Source: Alphaproteobacteria bacterium
GTDB lineage: Bacteria > Pseudomonadota > Alphaproteobacteria > JANQMY01
Assembly (NCBI GenBank): GCA_028289425.1
Contig: JANQPL010000009.1
Coordinates: 324,961 to 388,960 of the forward strand
DNA: 64,000 nt
Reading direction: 5' to 3'
Shown: positions 9,787-19,808 of the stretch, in pieces
Numbering within the stretch: position 1 is the stretch's first letter
Layout: each line of letters starts with the position of its first letter
Notes under the pieces: model-generated
Databases searched by the model: none
Told to the model about the DNA's origin: nothing
What the model saw: the letters and a program-made list of their open reading frames with translations, nothing else
Position numbers and translations under genes: made by a program

Positions 9787-11137
9787 TCGACTTTGTTTGC
9801 TTCCGTTTCTGATCTGTTTTTCCGTCGCGTACCGCCGCCGCTTTTTCGTAGACGAGTTGACCAAGCACATAGGTTGAATGCACCAGCCTGTCATCCCCCA
9901 ATATACTCATGACAAAGAGCTTCTCAGCGACCGATCGGGCGAGCGCAAAACGGTGCGCGAACAGCGGCGTCGCCATCAGGTCGAGCACTACAAAATCGGC
10001 CTCCTTGCCCGGCAGCAAATTGCCGATGCGTCGATCCATGTTCAACGTTTCCGCTCCACCAAGAGTCGCCAAGTAGAACGATTTGAGCGGGTCCAGCGGC
10101 GCCCCGCGCAACTGGCACACTTTGTACGCTTCATTCATGGTTTGGAACATGGAGAAGCTGGTACCGCCGCCAATGTCGGTCCCAAGGCCAATCTTTATAC
10201 CATGGGCGCAGGCCCTTTCGAGATCGAACAATCCGCTGCCAAGAAACAGGTTCGAGGTGGGACAAAACGAAATGCCCGCCCTTTCTCGTCCCAGCCTTTT
10301 ATATTCATCCGCTTCTAAATGAATGCCGTGTGCAAACACCGAATGATCACCGAGTAAGCCGGCACCCTCATAGACCGACAAATAGGTCTTTGCGTCGGGG
10401 TAAAGTTTTCGAACCAGGTCGATTTCCTTTTTGTTTTCCGACATATGGGTTTGCATAAAGACGCCGGGATGCTCTCCGAGAAGCTTGCCTGCACTCTGCA
10501 GCTGCTCCGGAGAAGACGTGACCGCAAAGCGTGGCGTGACCGCGTAGGATAAGCGACCTTTGTTGTGCCATTTCGCGATCAATTCAGCGCTGTCCGCGTA
10601 GCCGCTTTCCGGCGTATCACACAACTCGGGCGGCGCGTGCCGGTCCATCAACGATTTCCCGGCGATCATGCGCATGTTCCTTTTTGAGGCTGCCTTAAAA
10701 AGGGCATGCGTGGCCGTTTTGTGCACGGTTGAAAATACGAGCGCGCAAGTAGTCCCATTCTTCAGCAACTCATCCAAAAAGAATTCGGCCATGGTTGCCG
10801 CATGGCGAGCGTCCGCGAATTTCTGTTCGGCGGGAAATGTATAATTATTGAGCCAGTCCAAAAGTTGCACGCCATAGGACGCAATCACATCGATCTGCGG
10901 ATAGTGGATGTGGCAATCGACAAATCCCGGCACAATCATCCCATCTCGAAAATGGCGGCATTTCGTCCCCGCCGGCAATTGGTGCTTGACGTCCGTCCAC
11001 GGACCAATTGACTTGACAATCCCATCTTCCACCAGAAGGCCGCCATCATCCCAGTACTCGAAGGCCTGTCCCTCGGGCTTGCGCGCGGGATCACCCAGCA
11101 CGTGAAATATGGCGGATCTGTAGGCTTGCACCGTCAT
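9779..11137 (-). CDS. guaD: guanine deaminase (amidohydrolase superfamily)
   Basis: Carries the PGFVDCHIHYPQ HxHxxQ motif and has a size typical of GuaD. It lies in a purine catabolism context. Confidence 0.65.
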   Translation of the reverse strand: MTVQAYRSAIFHVLGDPARKPEGQAFEYWDDGGLLVEDGIVKSIGPWTDVKHQLPAGTKCRHFRDGMIVPGFVDCHIHYPQIDVIASYGVQLLDWLNNYTFPAEQKFADARHAATMAEFFLDELLKNGTTCALVFSTVHKTATHALFKAASKRNMRMIAGKSLMDRHAPPELCDTPESGYADSAELIAKWHNKGRLSYAVTPRFAVTSSPEQLQSAGKLLGEHPGVFMQTHMSENKKEIDLVRKLYPDAKTYLSVYEGAGLLGDHSVFAHGIHLEADEYKRLGRERAGISFCPTSNLFLGSGLFDLERACAHGIKIGLGTDIGGGTSFSMFQTMNEAYKVCQLRGAPLDPLKSFYLATLGGAETLNMDRRIGNLLPGKEADFVVLDLMATPLFAHRFALARSVAEKLFVMSILGDDRLVHSTYVLGQLVYEKAAAVRDGKTDQKRKQTKSNV

Positions 11138-11159
11138 GTCCGATCGGAGGCCAGCTTTG

Positions 11160-11678
11160 TCACAGCGCAATTTCGATGCGCTGATGCGGAGCGAGTTCCA
11201 CCTCCCGCAAGTTGTCGCCCGGACCGCCACGATCAATCACCAGAAAATCGCTGGGCCCCTCAAGCGCCAGCGAGTAATGGTGCCAAGTGCCTGCCCTGTA
11301 ATTCACGCCTTGCGTTGGACCCGCGACAAACACCTCCAGATCTGCCGGATCGGCCCGGCCCACAACCACAAGATAAGGATGCCCGGACAGGGGGATGAAA
11401 GTTTGGCTGCCCAACGGGTGACATTCCATCTTGCAAATTTCGATGGGCAGGTCGCGAGGCGTCGATCGAAAGACCGACACAAGAGGAACGCCGTCTTCCC
11501 GACTGAGGTCAAGCTGCGCCAAATCGTGATAGCGCGTGGTATGCCCTTCATTAATGAGCCGCACATCACGCGCAAGGTCCACATCGATCACGTCACCAAA
11601 CGCTCCAAACACATCGGCGGTCAAGGGTGTCGGTGTGACGGTTCGTAGGGCAGACATCGAAAGATCCTCTTCACTCAT
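11160..11678 (-). CDS. allA: ureidoglycolate lyase
   Basis: A ~170 aa cupin-like protein (FGAFGDVIDV..., TWHHYSLAL) placed in the allantoin pathway cluster. Confidence 0.65.
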   Translation of the reverse strand: MSEEDLSMSALRTVTPTPLTADVFGAFGDVIDVDLARDVRLINEGHTTRYHDLAQLDLSREDGVPLVSVFRSTPRDLPIEICKMECHPLGSQTFIPLSGHPYLVVVGRADPADLEVFVAGPTQGVNYRAGTWHHYSLALEGPSDFLVIDRGGPGDNLREVELAPHQRIEIAL

Positions 11679-12900
11679 GCGCGTGCCCCGATCTGTTTGA
11701 AATGGACGCCTGAGTTGCCGCACCACTTTTGATCCACTGCCCCAACAATGCACGCTCCTCGTCAGTCATACCTGTTTCGTTTCCAAGCGGCATCAGGTCG
11801 GTTGCCACAGCTTGTTCGAAGATCTGGTTTGCATATTGTTTGATGGCCGCGGCGTCTTCAAGCGCGATATCGCCGGGTGGCGCATCGAAGTCGGGATGGG
11901 TTGGTGCCGACGCATGACAGTTGGCACAATGACGAATCACAATGCTTTGCGCGTTCGCGGACGTCACATCGGCCTCCGCAACAACGGGCCTGCCGGCGCT
12001 TTGAAAGGTGGCCGCGTATATCATCACCGCTACAAACCCGGCCACACCCCCGGCCATGTATTCATATCGAATTTGCCCCGTATGGCGCAAATTGAAGAAA
12101 TGACGGATGGAAACGCCCACCGCGCTGATCCCCGCTAGCAAGAGCCAATTCTGCGGATGGCCGACGATCATCGGGTAATGCAGGCTGATCATCGTAAACA
12201 AAACCGGCAAGGTCATGTAATTGTTGTGTACGGACCTTTGTTTGGCTTGCTGGCCGAGTTTCGGGTCCGGATCACCCCCTGCCGCCAACGTGTCCACTAC
12301 TTTTCGCTGATTGGGGATGATCACCAAAAAAACATTACCCACCATCACGGTGCCGATGACGGCGCCTATGTGGATGAAGGCCCCCCGGTCGCTGAACACC
12401 TGCACCATGAGGTATGCCGCAAGCGTCAGCACCGCAAACCAGATGGAGCCGAACAAGATGACGTTCTGGCCGATCGAACTGCGGCATAAGCCGTCATAGA
12501 TGAGCCAGCCGGCGATAAGCATGGACAGACCGAATATGATCGCCTGTCCTTGACTTAAAATGACTTTGCCGCGGTCGATCAAATACACATCTGCCGACAC
12601 ATAATAAATCAAAACAAGCAGGGCGAAGCCGCTGAGCCAGGTGGTATAGGCTTCCCATTTGAACCAATGCAGTTCCTCAGGCATTTCCTCCGGCGCCACC
12701 AGATATTTCTGCTTATGATAAAACCCGCCGCCATGCACGGACCAGACTTCTCCGCCCATGCCGGCCTTCGGCTGTTTCGCAGGCCGAAGGTGGTTGTCCA
12801 GCCAAACGAAATAAAACGATGCACCGATCCACGAAATGCCCGCAATCAAATGCAGCCAACGAAGGGCCAAGTTAAGCCAGGCGGAAACATCAATATCCAT
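11671..12900 (-). CDS. puuD: urate hydroxylase PuuD (membrane cytochrome c-type urate oxidase)
   Basis: It has multiple transmembrane segments followed by a C-terminal CANCHAS heme-binding motif. Its position between xdhC and allA matches the PuuD architecture. Confidence 0.65.
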   Translation of the reverse strand: MDIDVSAWLNLALRWLHLIAGISWIGASFYFVWLDNHLRPAKQPKAGMGGEVWSVHGGGFYHKQKYLVAPEEMPEELHWFKWEAYTTWLSGFALLVLIYYVSADVYLIDRGKVILSQGQAIIFGLSMLIAGWLIYDGLCRSSIGQNVILFGSIWFAVLTLAAYLMVQVFSDRGAFIHIGAVIGTVMVGNVFLVIIPNQRKVVDTLAAGGDPDPKLGQQAKQRSVHNNYMTLPVLFTMISLHYPMIVGHPQNWLLLAGISAVGVSIRHFFNLRHTGQIRYEYMAGGVAGFVAVMIYAATFQSAGRPVVAEADVTSANAQSIVIRHCANCHASAPTHPDFDAPPGDIALEDAAAIKQYANQIFEQAVATDLMPLGNETGMTDEERALLGQWIKSGAATQASISNRSGHAHE

Positions 12901-13894
12901 GCCGGCCCGCCCCTTGACCCGGTGCGAGATAGGTCAACAATTCGGCCACGACACCCGCAGCAATAATGCTTGGATCCTTACTTTTGAGCGACGGCATGCC
13001 GATCGGACAAATCAAACGCCCCAAACTTTCCTCACTTACTCCTTCATCGCGTAGTCGACTCTCAAAGCTTGCGCGTTTCGTCCGTGAGCCGATCAACCCG
13101 CAATAGCGAAAATCGCCGCGCGATAAAACCGCCTTGACCACCTGATAGTCCAGATCGTGGCTGTGGGTGAATACAAGAAACAGTGAGTTTGGCTCAGCCG
13201 CCACCACATCGTGCGGTAATTCAGTCGAATGGCGAACGTCGCAATTCTCGGACCCGCTTGTAGGTAAGTATTCGCGGCGGCTGTCGATCCACACGGTTCT
13301 AACCGGAAGCGGCGCAAGGGCCTGCGCGACGGCTTGGCCCACATGCCCGGCGCCGAACAAATAAACGACCGTATCGGGCGGCGAGATGAGCTCTGTGCTT
13401 TTCTCAATTGTGCCCGGCTTCTGGGATTTTGGGGCACCTATCGTTGCTACAAAAGGTGAAATCAACTGATCGGGACTTATAACCTTTTCGACTGAATATG
13501 TGAGCCCCTGTGATGGATCGATCACCTGAGTGATCATGGCTGGTTTGCCCTCAGAGACGAGCCGCTCGATCTGCAGCAACCAATCCTGGTCTTGTGCGTC
13601 CAGCCGGCCCGTCAGTAGGCGGACATATCCCCCGCAGCACTGGCCCAATTGTGGCCCTAGCGGATAATCATCAACGGCAAAATCGCGCCCCTCTTGCAGT
13701 AAAATGCGGGCTTGCTTGATAGCCTGATACTCCAGATTTCCGCCGCCAATCGTTCCCCACTGGCCTTTATCAGTTACGACCATTCGTGTCCCGGCATCTC
13801 TGGGCGCCGACCCGGACACGTCGGCGACCGTAATAATCGCCGCGGGACCGCCGCTTTCCAATGCTGTGCTGGCAAATGTCCACCACCCCTTCAT
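12890..13894 (-). CDS. xdhC: xanthine dehydrogenase accessory protein XdhC
   Basis: Carries the XdhC/CoxI family motifs (AAIITVADVSGSAPRDAGTRMVV). It directly follows xdhB. Confidence 0.8.
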   Translation of the reverse strand: MKGWWTFASTALESGGPAAIITVADVSGSAPRDAGTRMVVTDKGQWGTIGGGNLEYQAIKQARILLQEGRDFAVDDYPLGPQLGQCCGGYVRLLTGRLDAQDQDWLLQIERLVSEGKPAMITQVIDPSQGLTYSVEKVISPDQLISPFVATIGAPKSQKPGTIEKSTELISPPDTVVYLFGAGHVGQAVAQALAPLPVRTVWIDSRREYLPTSGSENCDVRHSTELPHDVVAAEPNSLFLVFTHSHDLDYQVVKAVLSRGDFRYCGLIGSRTKRASFESRLRDEGVSEESLGRLICPIGMPSLKSKDPSIIAAGVVAELLTYLAPGQGAGRHGY

Positions 13895-16245
13895 AGACCG
13901 GCCGCAAGGTCTGTGCCGGTCTGTTCGCGCACGTCTTCCACGGCGCGCAGAATCCGCTCCGGCGTAGCGGGCGCGTCCAATTGGGGCATGACAGCTTGGT
14001 TGCCCACGCTGGCCACCGCATCCGTCAGAGCGGAGAATACCGAAATCGCTAACATAAGCGGCGGCTCGCCCACAGCTTTTGAGCGGTGGATTGTTTGCTC
14101 CGGATTGCGCCCACTGTCCCAGATTTTAATATTGAACTCTTTGGGACGATCACTGCACACAGGAATCTTGTACGTGGACGGACTGTGGGTGCGCAGACGC
14201 CCTCGATCGTCGAAATACAGTTCTTCTGATGTCAGCCAACCCATACCCTGGATGAACCCACCTTCGATTTGCCCAAGGTCGATGGCGGGGTTTATGGATT
14301 TCCCAACGTCATGAAGAATGTCCACGCGCAACACTTTGTGCTCGCCAGTGAGTGTGTCGATCACCACTTCCGATACAGCGGCCCCATAGGCGAAGTAGTA
14401 AAACGGACGGCCGCGATGTGTAGCACGGTCGTAGTGGATTTTGGGCGTTTTATAGAATCCCGTGGATGAGAGAGGCACGCGCCCTAAATACGCCTGCTTC
14501 ACCAAATCCTCAAAGGGGACGCTCTGGTTTTCCAAGTGAACGAGACCGTCTTCAAAACGTATCTTCGCCGCATCGCATTGATAAAACTCCGATGCGAATT
14601 TGACGAGCCTGTCCTTGATTTGGCGCGCCGCATCCCGCGCCGCCATGCCGTTTAAATCCGTTCCGGAAGAAGCCGCCGTGGCCGACGTGTTGGGTACCTT
14701 GCCCGTGTTTGTCGCGGTGATCTTCACCCGGCTCACATCGACCTGGAACTCGTCCGCGACGATTTGGGCAACTTTCACGAACAATCCCTGCCCCATTTCC
14801 GTGCCGCCATGGTTCAGGTGGATGCTGCCGTCCATATACACATGCACCAAAGCGCCGGCCTGGTTTAAATGCGTGGTCGTGAAGGAGATCCCAAATTTGA
14901 CGGGGGTGAGCGCTATCCCGCGCTTTAAGACCGGGCTCGTCTCGTTGTAGGCACGCACCTCTTCCCGCCGCGCGATGTAGTTCGCACTTTCCACCAAGTC
15001 CGACATCAACTGAGGCGCGATGATTTCTTCAACAGTTTGATGATAAGGGGTGACGTTACGCTCGCCCTCCGTATACAGATTACGCACACGGACCGTCAGG
15101 GGATCTAATGAAAGCTTCTGCGCGATGGCATCCATCACCCGTTCAATGCCGATCATACCCTGGGGACCGCCGAATCCGCGAAACGCTGTGTTGGAAACCG
15201 TATGTGTTTTGCACCGATGTGAACGGATCGTCGCGTTCTTCAAGAAATAAGTATTGTCGCAATGAAACATGGCGCGGTCATTGATGGCTCGCGAAAGATC
15301 GGTCGAATACCCGCACCGGGAGGACAGATCGAATTCGATTCCTTGGATAACGCCCGCATCGTCAAATCCCACATCGTAATCGATCTCAAAATCATGACGC
15401 TTGCCGGTGAGGACCATGTCGTCATCACGATCAAGACGCAGTTTTGCGGAACGGCCCGTTTTGACCGTAACAAGGGCCGCGGCCGCCGCGAGCAGTGCCG
15501 GCTGTGTTTCTTTACCGCCAAAGCCGCCCCCCATGCGGCGCACCTCCACCGTGACGGCGTTGTTGGGCCGGTCGAGGACATGCGCGACAAGGTGCTGAAC
15601 TTCACTGGGATTCTGAGTCGACGAGTAAACCAGCACATCCCCATCTTCTTGAGGGAAGGTCATGGCAACCTGCCCTTCCAGATAGAAATGGTCTTGCCCG
15701 CCGACGGCGAAGGTTCCTTTGACACGGTGGGGCGCCTTGTCGAGAGCAGCCGCACTTTCACCCAAGGTCATCACTTGCTCGGGCTCAAGATAGAGCTTTG
15801 ACTGATGCGCTTGCTTGATCGTTGTCGACGGCGCAAAGTCTTCGTACTCGATCTTGGCGCGTTTTGCTGCAGCTCTTGCGTCTTCAATGGTTTCCGCAGC
15901 AACCACAAACAGGGATTGGCCGTGATATTCCACCAATCCATCCGCGAAGAGCGGGTCATCGCCGGCCACCGGCGCCACATCGTTCGTTCCCGGAATATCT
16001 TTGGCCGACAAAACGCATACCACGCCATGGGCGGACCGAACGTCCGACAGATCCATGTTTACGATGCGCGCATGGGCCCGTTCACTCATGGCGATGTAAA
16101 GGTGCAGCAGATCCGTCGGCTCCGGTGTGTCATCCACATAGTCGGCGGTGCCGGCCACATGCTTGCGTGCACTGTCATGGGCAAGTTCCTGATGTACGCG
16201 CCCAACGCGACCGCCCTGTTTTTGTGCCTTGTTGCGCTCAAGCAT
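13891..16245 (-). CDS. xdhB: xanthine dehydrogenase molybdopterin-binding subunit
   Basis: ~785 aa with the HDSARKHVAGTADYVDD N-terminus and the GGGFGGKET molybdopterin-domain motif. An internal ATG (M10) is chosen as the start. Confidence 0.85.
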   Translation of the reverse strand: MLERNKAQKQGGRVGRVHQELAHDSARKHVAGTADYVDDTPEPTDLLHLYIAMSERAHARIVNMDLSDVRSAHGVVCVLSAKDIPGTNDVAPVAGDDPLFADGLVEYHGQSLFVVAAETIEDARAAAKRAKIEYEDFAPSTTIKQAHQSKLYLEPEQVMTLGESAAALDKAPHRVKGTFAVGGQDHFYLEGQVAMTFPQEDGDVLVYSSTQNPSEVQHLVAHVLDRPNNAVTVEVRRMGGGFGGKETQPALLAAAAALVTVKTGRSAKLRLDRDDDMVLTGKRHDFEIDYDVGFDDAGVIQGIEFDLSSRCGYSTDLSRAINDRAMFHCDNTYFLKNATIRSHRCKTHTVSNTAFRGFGGPQGMIGIERVMDAIAQKLSLDPLTVRVRNLYTEGERNVTPYHQTVEEIIAPQLMSDLVESANYIARREEVRAYNETSPVLKRGIALTPVKFGISFTTTHLNQAGALVHVYMDGSIHLNHGGTEMGQGLFVKVAQIVADEFQVDVSRVKITATNTGKVPNTSATAASSGTDLNGMAARDAARQIKDRLVKFASEFYQCDAAKIRFEDGLVHLENQSVPFEDLVKQAYLGRVPLSSTGFYKTPKIHYDRATHRGRPFYYFAYGAAVSEVVIDTLTGEHKVLRVDILHDVGKSINPAIDLGQIEGGFIQGMGWLTSEELYFDDRGRLRTHSPSTYKIPVCSDRPKEFNIKIWDSGRNPEQTIHRSKAVGEPPLMLAISVFSALTDAVASVGNQAVMPQLDAPATPERILRAVEDVREQTGTDLAAGL

Positions 16246-17713
16246 GAAAGACCTCATCAGCCGCAAGCACATCCGTCGGATAGGGGCGAACGACAGATTC
16301 CAGATATGCTTTCAGCAAAATGTTCTTTGCCGCCGACAGGCGATATTGTGCGGTCGCCCGCATGTCGTCGATCGGCGCATAGTCTTTCTCAAGGGCTTCC
16401 ATTGCACGTTGGACGGATTGAAGAGTCCAGGGCTGCCCTAAAAGAGCAGCTTCGCAGGCGGTTGCACGTTTCGGGATCGCGGCCATGCCGCCATAGCAAA
16501 TCCGCGCCAAACCGATCTCTTCGTCCTTGATTTCGAAACTGAAAGCCCCGCAAACAGCGGAGATGTCTTGATCAAATCGCTTAGAGATTTTGTGAGCCTT
16601 GAAGATTGTATCGGGCGCCGGTTTCTTGACGAAAAAGCGCTCCACAAACTCTCCGGGCTGCCGGTCCTGTTTCTGATAACCCAGAAAATAGTCCTCCAGA
16701 GGCAATTCCCGGGTCTTGTCCCCTCTACGCAGTACCAGGCGGGTGCCGATAGCGATCAGCGCCGGCATCGAATCCCCAATCGGGGAGCCATTGGCGATGT
16801 TGCCACCCATGGTGCCGCTGTTACGGATTTGAGTGGACCCAAGCCGGCGGATAAGTTCGCCAAATTCGGGATAGGCGGATTCTAGAACTTCGTATACGTC
16901 CGTGTACGAAGCGGCGGCCCCGATCTCAATCTCGTCATCGTATTCAACAATGCCCTTAATCTCATCGACAGACGTGGTGAGGATTGTTTGTTTCAAGATC
17001 TGTTGTTGTTTGGTGACCCAAAGGCCAACATCCGTTCCGCCGGCAAGAAAAGTAGCGCCCTGCAGCTCACTGGCGAATGCGGACAGTTGCTCAAGGTTTT
17101 TGGGCGTTACAAATCGCTTGTCGGTTTTTGTGCGCGGACAATGATATGCAAGATCGAGCGGCTCGCCCGATTGGAGATCCCTCAAGCGCTCGACGGCATC
17201 ACGTCGTTCCTCCTTAGGGGCTGGATAGTCATACATTGTTTGGGCGGCGGTCAGTATAGGTCCGTACCCGGTACATCTACACAAATTACCTGCGATGGCA
17301 TCATTGATGCTCGTGACGGAAACATCACCGCGATTTCTGTAGTGGGCGTATAGTGCCATTACGAATCCCGGCGTACAGAACCCGCACTGGGACCCGTGAT
17401 GGTCCACCATCGCTTGCTGCACAGGATGCAACTGCCCATCAGCAGACGCCAACCCTTCCACGGTGATCAGCTCTTTCCCATCCAAGACCGGCAGAAACAG
17501 AATGCACGCATTGACCGCGCGATATTGAACTTCCTCGCCTTTCAAGGTCCCTAGAACCACCGTGCAGGCACCGCAATCACCCTCTGCGCAGCCCTCCTTC
17601 GTGCCAGTTTTTCCAACGTGGTACCGCAAATAATTGAGCACCGTGGTGGTCGGATCGATCCCGGATACCTGATGCACCTCGCCATTAAGAATAAAGCGGA
17701 TCACGTCGGACAT
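16238..17713 (-). CDS. xdhA: xanthine dehydrogenase small subunit (2Fe-2S plus FAD)
   Basis: N-terminal ferredoxin cysteines (CAEGDCGACTV, CGFCTPG) are followed by an FAD-binding domain. Confidence 0.85.
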   Translation of the reverse strand: MSDVIRFILNGEVHQVSGIDPTTTVLNYLRYHVGKTGTKEGCAEGDCGACTVVLGTLKGEEVQYRAVNACILFLPVLDGKELITVEGLASADGQLHPVQQAMVDHHGSQCGFCTPGFVMALYAHYRNRGDVSVTSINDAIAGNLCRCTGYGPILTAAQTMYDYPAPKEERRDAVERLRDLQSGEPLDLAYHCPRTKTDKRFVTPKNLEQLSAFASELQGATFLAGGTDVGLWVTKQQQILKQTILTTSVDEIKGIVEYDDEIEIGAAASYTDVYEVLESAYPEFGELIRRLGSTQIRNSGTMGGNIANGSPIGDSMPALIAIGTRLVLRRGDKTRELPLEDYFLGYQKQDRQPGEFVERFFVKKPAPDTIFKAHKISKRFDQDISAVCGAFSFEIKDEEIGLARICYGGMAAIPKRATACEAALLGQPWTLQSVQRAMEALEKDYAPIDDMRATAQYRLSAAKNILLKAYLESVVRPYPTDVLAADEVFHA

Positions 17714-17716
17714 GCA

Positions 17717-18073
17717 TCAGCTCCCGCGATAGGTCGTGTATCCGAATGGAGACACCAGCAGCGGCACGTGATAATGGGCGTCTGGATCTGCAATGCCGAA
17801 ATCGATCGCGATCACGTCCAAAAATGCAGGCTCAGGCAATGCCACACTCTGTTCGCGAAAATAGGCCCCGGCGTCAAACTCCAAACAATAGGTTCCGACC
17901 GTCAGAGCATCCCCCTGCAACAGAGGTTGATCGCATCTGCCGTCCGCATTCGTCGCCGTCTCCACCACCAGTTCTCGACCTGCCCCTGGTCCAACCCGAA
18001 AGAGCCGCACCTTAATGCCGCGCCCGGGTTGACCGTGCGCGGTATCGAGGACATGCGTCGTCAGACGTCCCAA
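17717..18073 (-). CDS. uraH: 5-hydroxyisourate hydrolase (transthyretin-like)
   Basis: 118 aa with HVLDTAHGQP near the N-terminus and the diagnostic C-terminal YRGS tetrapeptide. Confidence 0.8.
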   Translation of the reverse strand: MGRLTTHVLDTAHGQPGRGIKVRLFRVGPGAGRELVVETATNADGRCDQPLLQGDALTVGTYCLEFDAGAYFREQSVALPEPAFLDVIAIDFGIADPDAHYHVPLLVSPFGYTTYRGS

Positions 18074-18302
18074 GGCCTACTCCTATTGGTTCGAGAGTTG
18101 TGGTTGCTCACTGTCATGCTCGAACAATCATGGCGTTCGTGTAAAGTACTTTGTTGACAATCTGACCCGCATTTCTTTTACAATCCATCTCGATTTTGGC
18201 GCATTGAAGGGTATGGTTTTCCCGCGAGACGCGGGTAAATCCTCTGTGCAGAACGCGCTTTCGACACGTTAACTGCTTGATTTCTGCAGGAAGGAACGGA
18301 TT

Positions 18303-19226
18303 TTGGTCACCTATGCGTCATCCGCATACCCCAGGGATCTCGTCGGATATGGACGCCACCCGCCCCATGCAAAGTGGCCGAACAATGCGCGAATCGCCCT
18401 TCAATTTGTATTGAACTACGAAGAAGGCAGCGAAAACAGCGTTCTGCATGGAGACGCCGGCGCGGAGACCTTTCTTTCCGAAATCATTAACGCGGCCCCG
18501 GTACCTGCAGCGCGGCACATGAGCATGGAGTCGCTCTATGAATACGGATCGCGTGCCGGCGTCTGGCGCATCCTGCGCTTGTTTCGCAAATACGACATAC
18601 CGTTAACAGTGTTTGCCGTTGCCATGGCGTTGGAGCGGCATCGCGACCTTGCGGATGCCTTCGCGGAAGCGGGCCACGAAATCTGCTCCCACGGCTATCG
18701 CTGGATCAATTACCAAGACGTGCCGGAAGCTGAAGAACGGGAACATATTGCCAAAGCGGTCGACATAATTCAGCGGCTCACAGGGGAACGGCCGCTCGGC
18801 TGGTACACCGGCCGTACCGGGCCGAACACACGGCGCCTGGTCATCGAAGAAGGTGGCTTTCTATACGACGCCGACGACTACAATGACGACCTGCCCTTTT
18901 GGACGAACACCCATGACAAGCCGCATCTGGTGGTCCCTTATACGCTTGATGCCAACGATATGAGATTTGCGACCGCCCAAGGCTTTAATGCCGGTGACCA
19001 ATTCTTCAACTATCTCAAAGACAGTTTCGATGTGTTGTATGTGGAAGGTGAGGAAACGCCAAAGATGATGTCGGTTGGTCTTCATTGCCGATTGATCGGA
19101 CGGCCGGGGCGGATCGCATCCCTCGAAAGATTTCTCAAATACGCCCGCGACCACGAAAATGTTTGGTTCTGCCGCCGCATCGATATCGCCCGGCACTGGC
19201 ACGATACCCATCCTTACCAAGCCTAA
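18303..19226 (+). CDS. puuE: allantoinase PuuE (polysaccharide deacetylase-like)
   Basis: Belongs to the PuuE family (ARIALQFVLNYEEGSENS, polysaccharide-deacetylase fold). It sits next to uraD and alc. Confidence 0.75.
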   Translation: MVTYASSAYPRDLVGYGRHPPHAKWPNNARIALQFVLNYEEGSENSVLHGDAGAETFLSEIINAAPVPAARHMSMESLYEYGSRAGVWRILRLFRKYDIPLTVFAVAMALERHRDLADAFAEAGHEICSHGYRWINYQDVPEAEEREHIAKAVDIIQRLTGERPLGWYTGRTGPNTRRLVIEEGGFLYDADDYNDDLPFWTNTHDKPHLVVPYTLDANDMRFATAQGFNAGDQFFNYLKDSFDVLYVEGEETPKMMSVGLHCRLIGRPGRIASLERFLKYARDHENVWFCRRIDIARHWHDTHPYQA

Positions 19227-19249
19227 GCAGTGTAGAAGCGTTCCCGGCA

Positions 19250-19786
19250 ATGACCGAAACCATCAAACCACCGCCAAACACCAAAGAACTTGCTTCGGAC
19301 CGCACTACATTTGTGTCCACGTTTGGCGCCGTTTACGAACACTCTCCGTGGGTTGCCGAAACGGTCTGGGATGATATCGGGCCCAGCCGCACAGTCGAAT
19401 TGGAAAAGCTCAAAGAAGCAATGCGCCGAACCGTCGACGCGACGAGCGAGGCGCAGAAACTTGATCTCATTCGTCAGCACCCTGATTTAGCGGACCCTGC
19501 CGCAAAGGCCGGCCAGCTCTCCGACATGTCGAACCGAGAGCAAATGGGGGCCGGACTGACAGACACATCAGATCAGGAATTCCGCCGCTTTGCCGATCTC
19601 AACACTGCCTACAAAAGGAAATTCGGCTTCCCCTTCGTGATTGCCGTGCGCGGCATGGACCGCCATCAAATTCTTGCTGCTTTTGAGCTTCGCCTCGCAA
19701 ATGATATCGACCAAGAGATGAAGACCGCCCTTGACCAAATTCACCGGATTGCGTCGTTTCGGCTTGCCGATATTTTCGCCGAATGA
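19250..19786 (+). CDS. uraD: OHCU decarboxylase
   Basis: ~178 aa with the AYEHSPWVAE and IRQHPDLA motifs of 2-oxo-4-hydroxy-4-carboxy-5-ureidoimidazoline decarboxylase. The start is moved to ATG 19250, downstream of the puuE overlap. Confidence 0.7.
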   Translation: MTETIKPPPNTKELASDRTTFVSTFGAVYEHSPWVAETVWDDIGPSRTVELEKLKEAMRRTVDATSEAQKLDLIRQHPDLADPAAKAGQLSDMSNREQMGAGLTDTSDQEFRRFADLNTAYKRKFGFPFVIAVRGMDRHQILAAFELRLANDIDQEMKTALDQIHRIASFRLADIFAE

Positions 19787-19808
19787 CGGACTGATGCGGT
19801 AACGGCCC

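Noticed and set aside
11136-11648. 170-aa plus-strand ORF antisense to allA
   Set aside because: It overlaps the ureidoglycolate lyase gene, which fits the pathway context; no domain was recognised.
15805-16530. 241-aa plus-strand ORF antisense to xdhB/xdhA
   Set aside because: It lies entirely within the strongly supported xdhB and xdhA coding regions on the opposite strand. Its Arg-rich composition is typical of antisense GC-rich frames.
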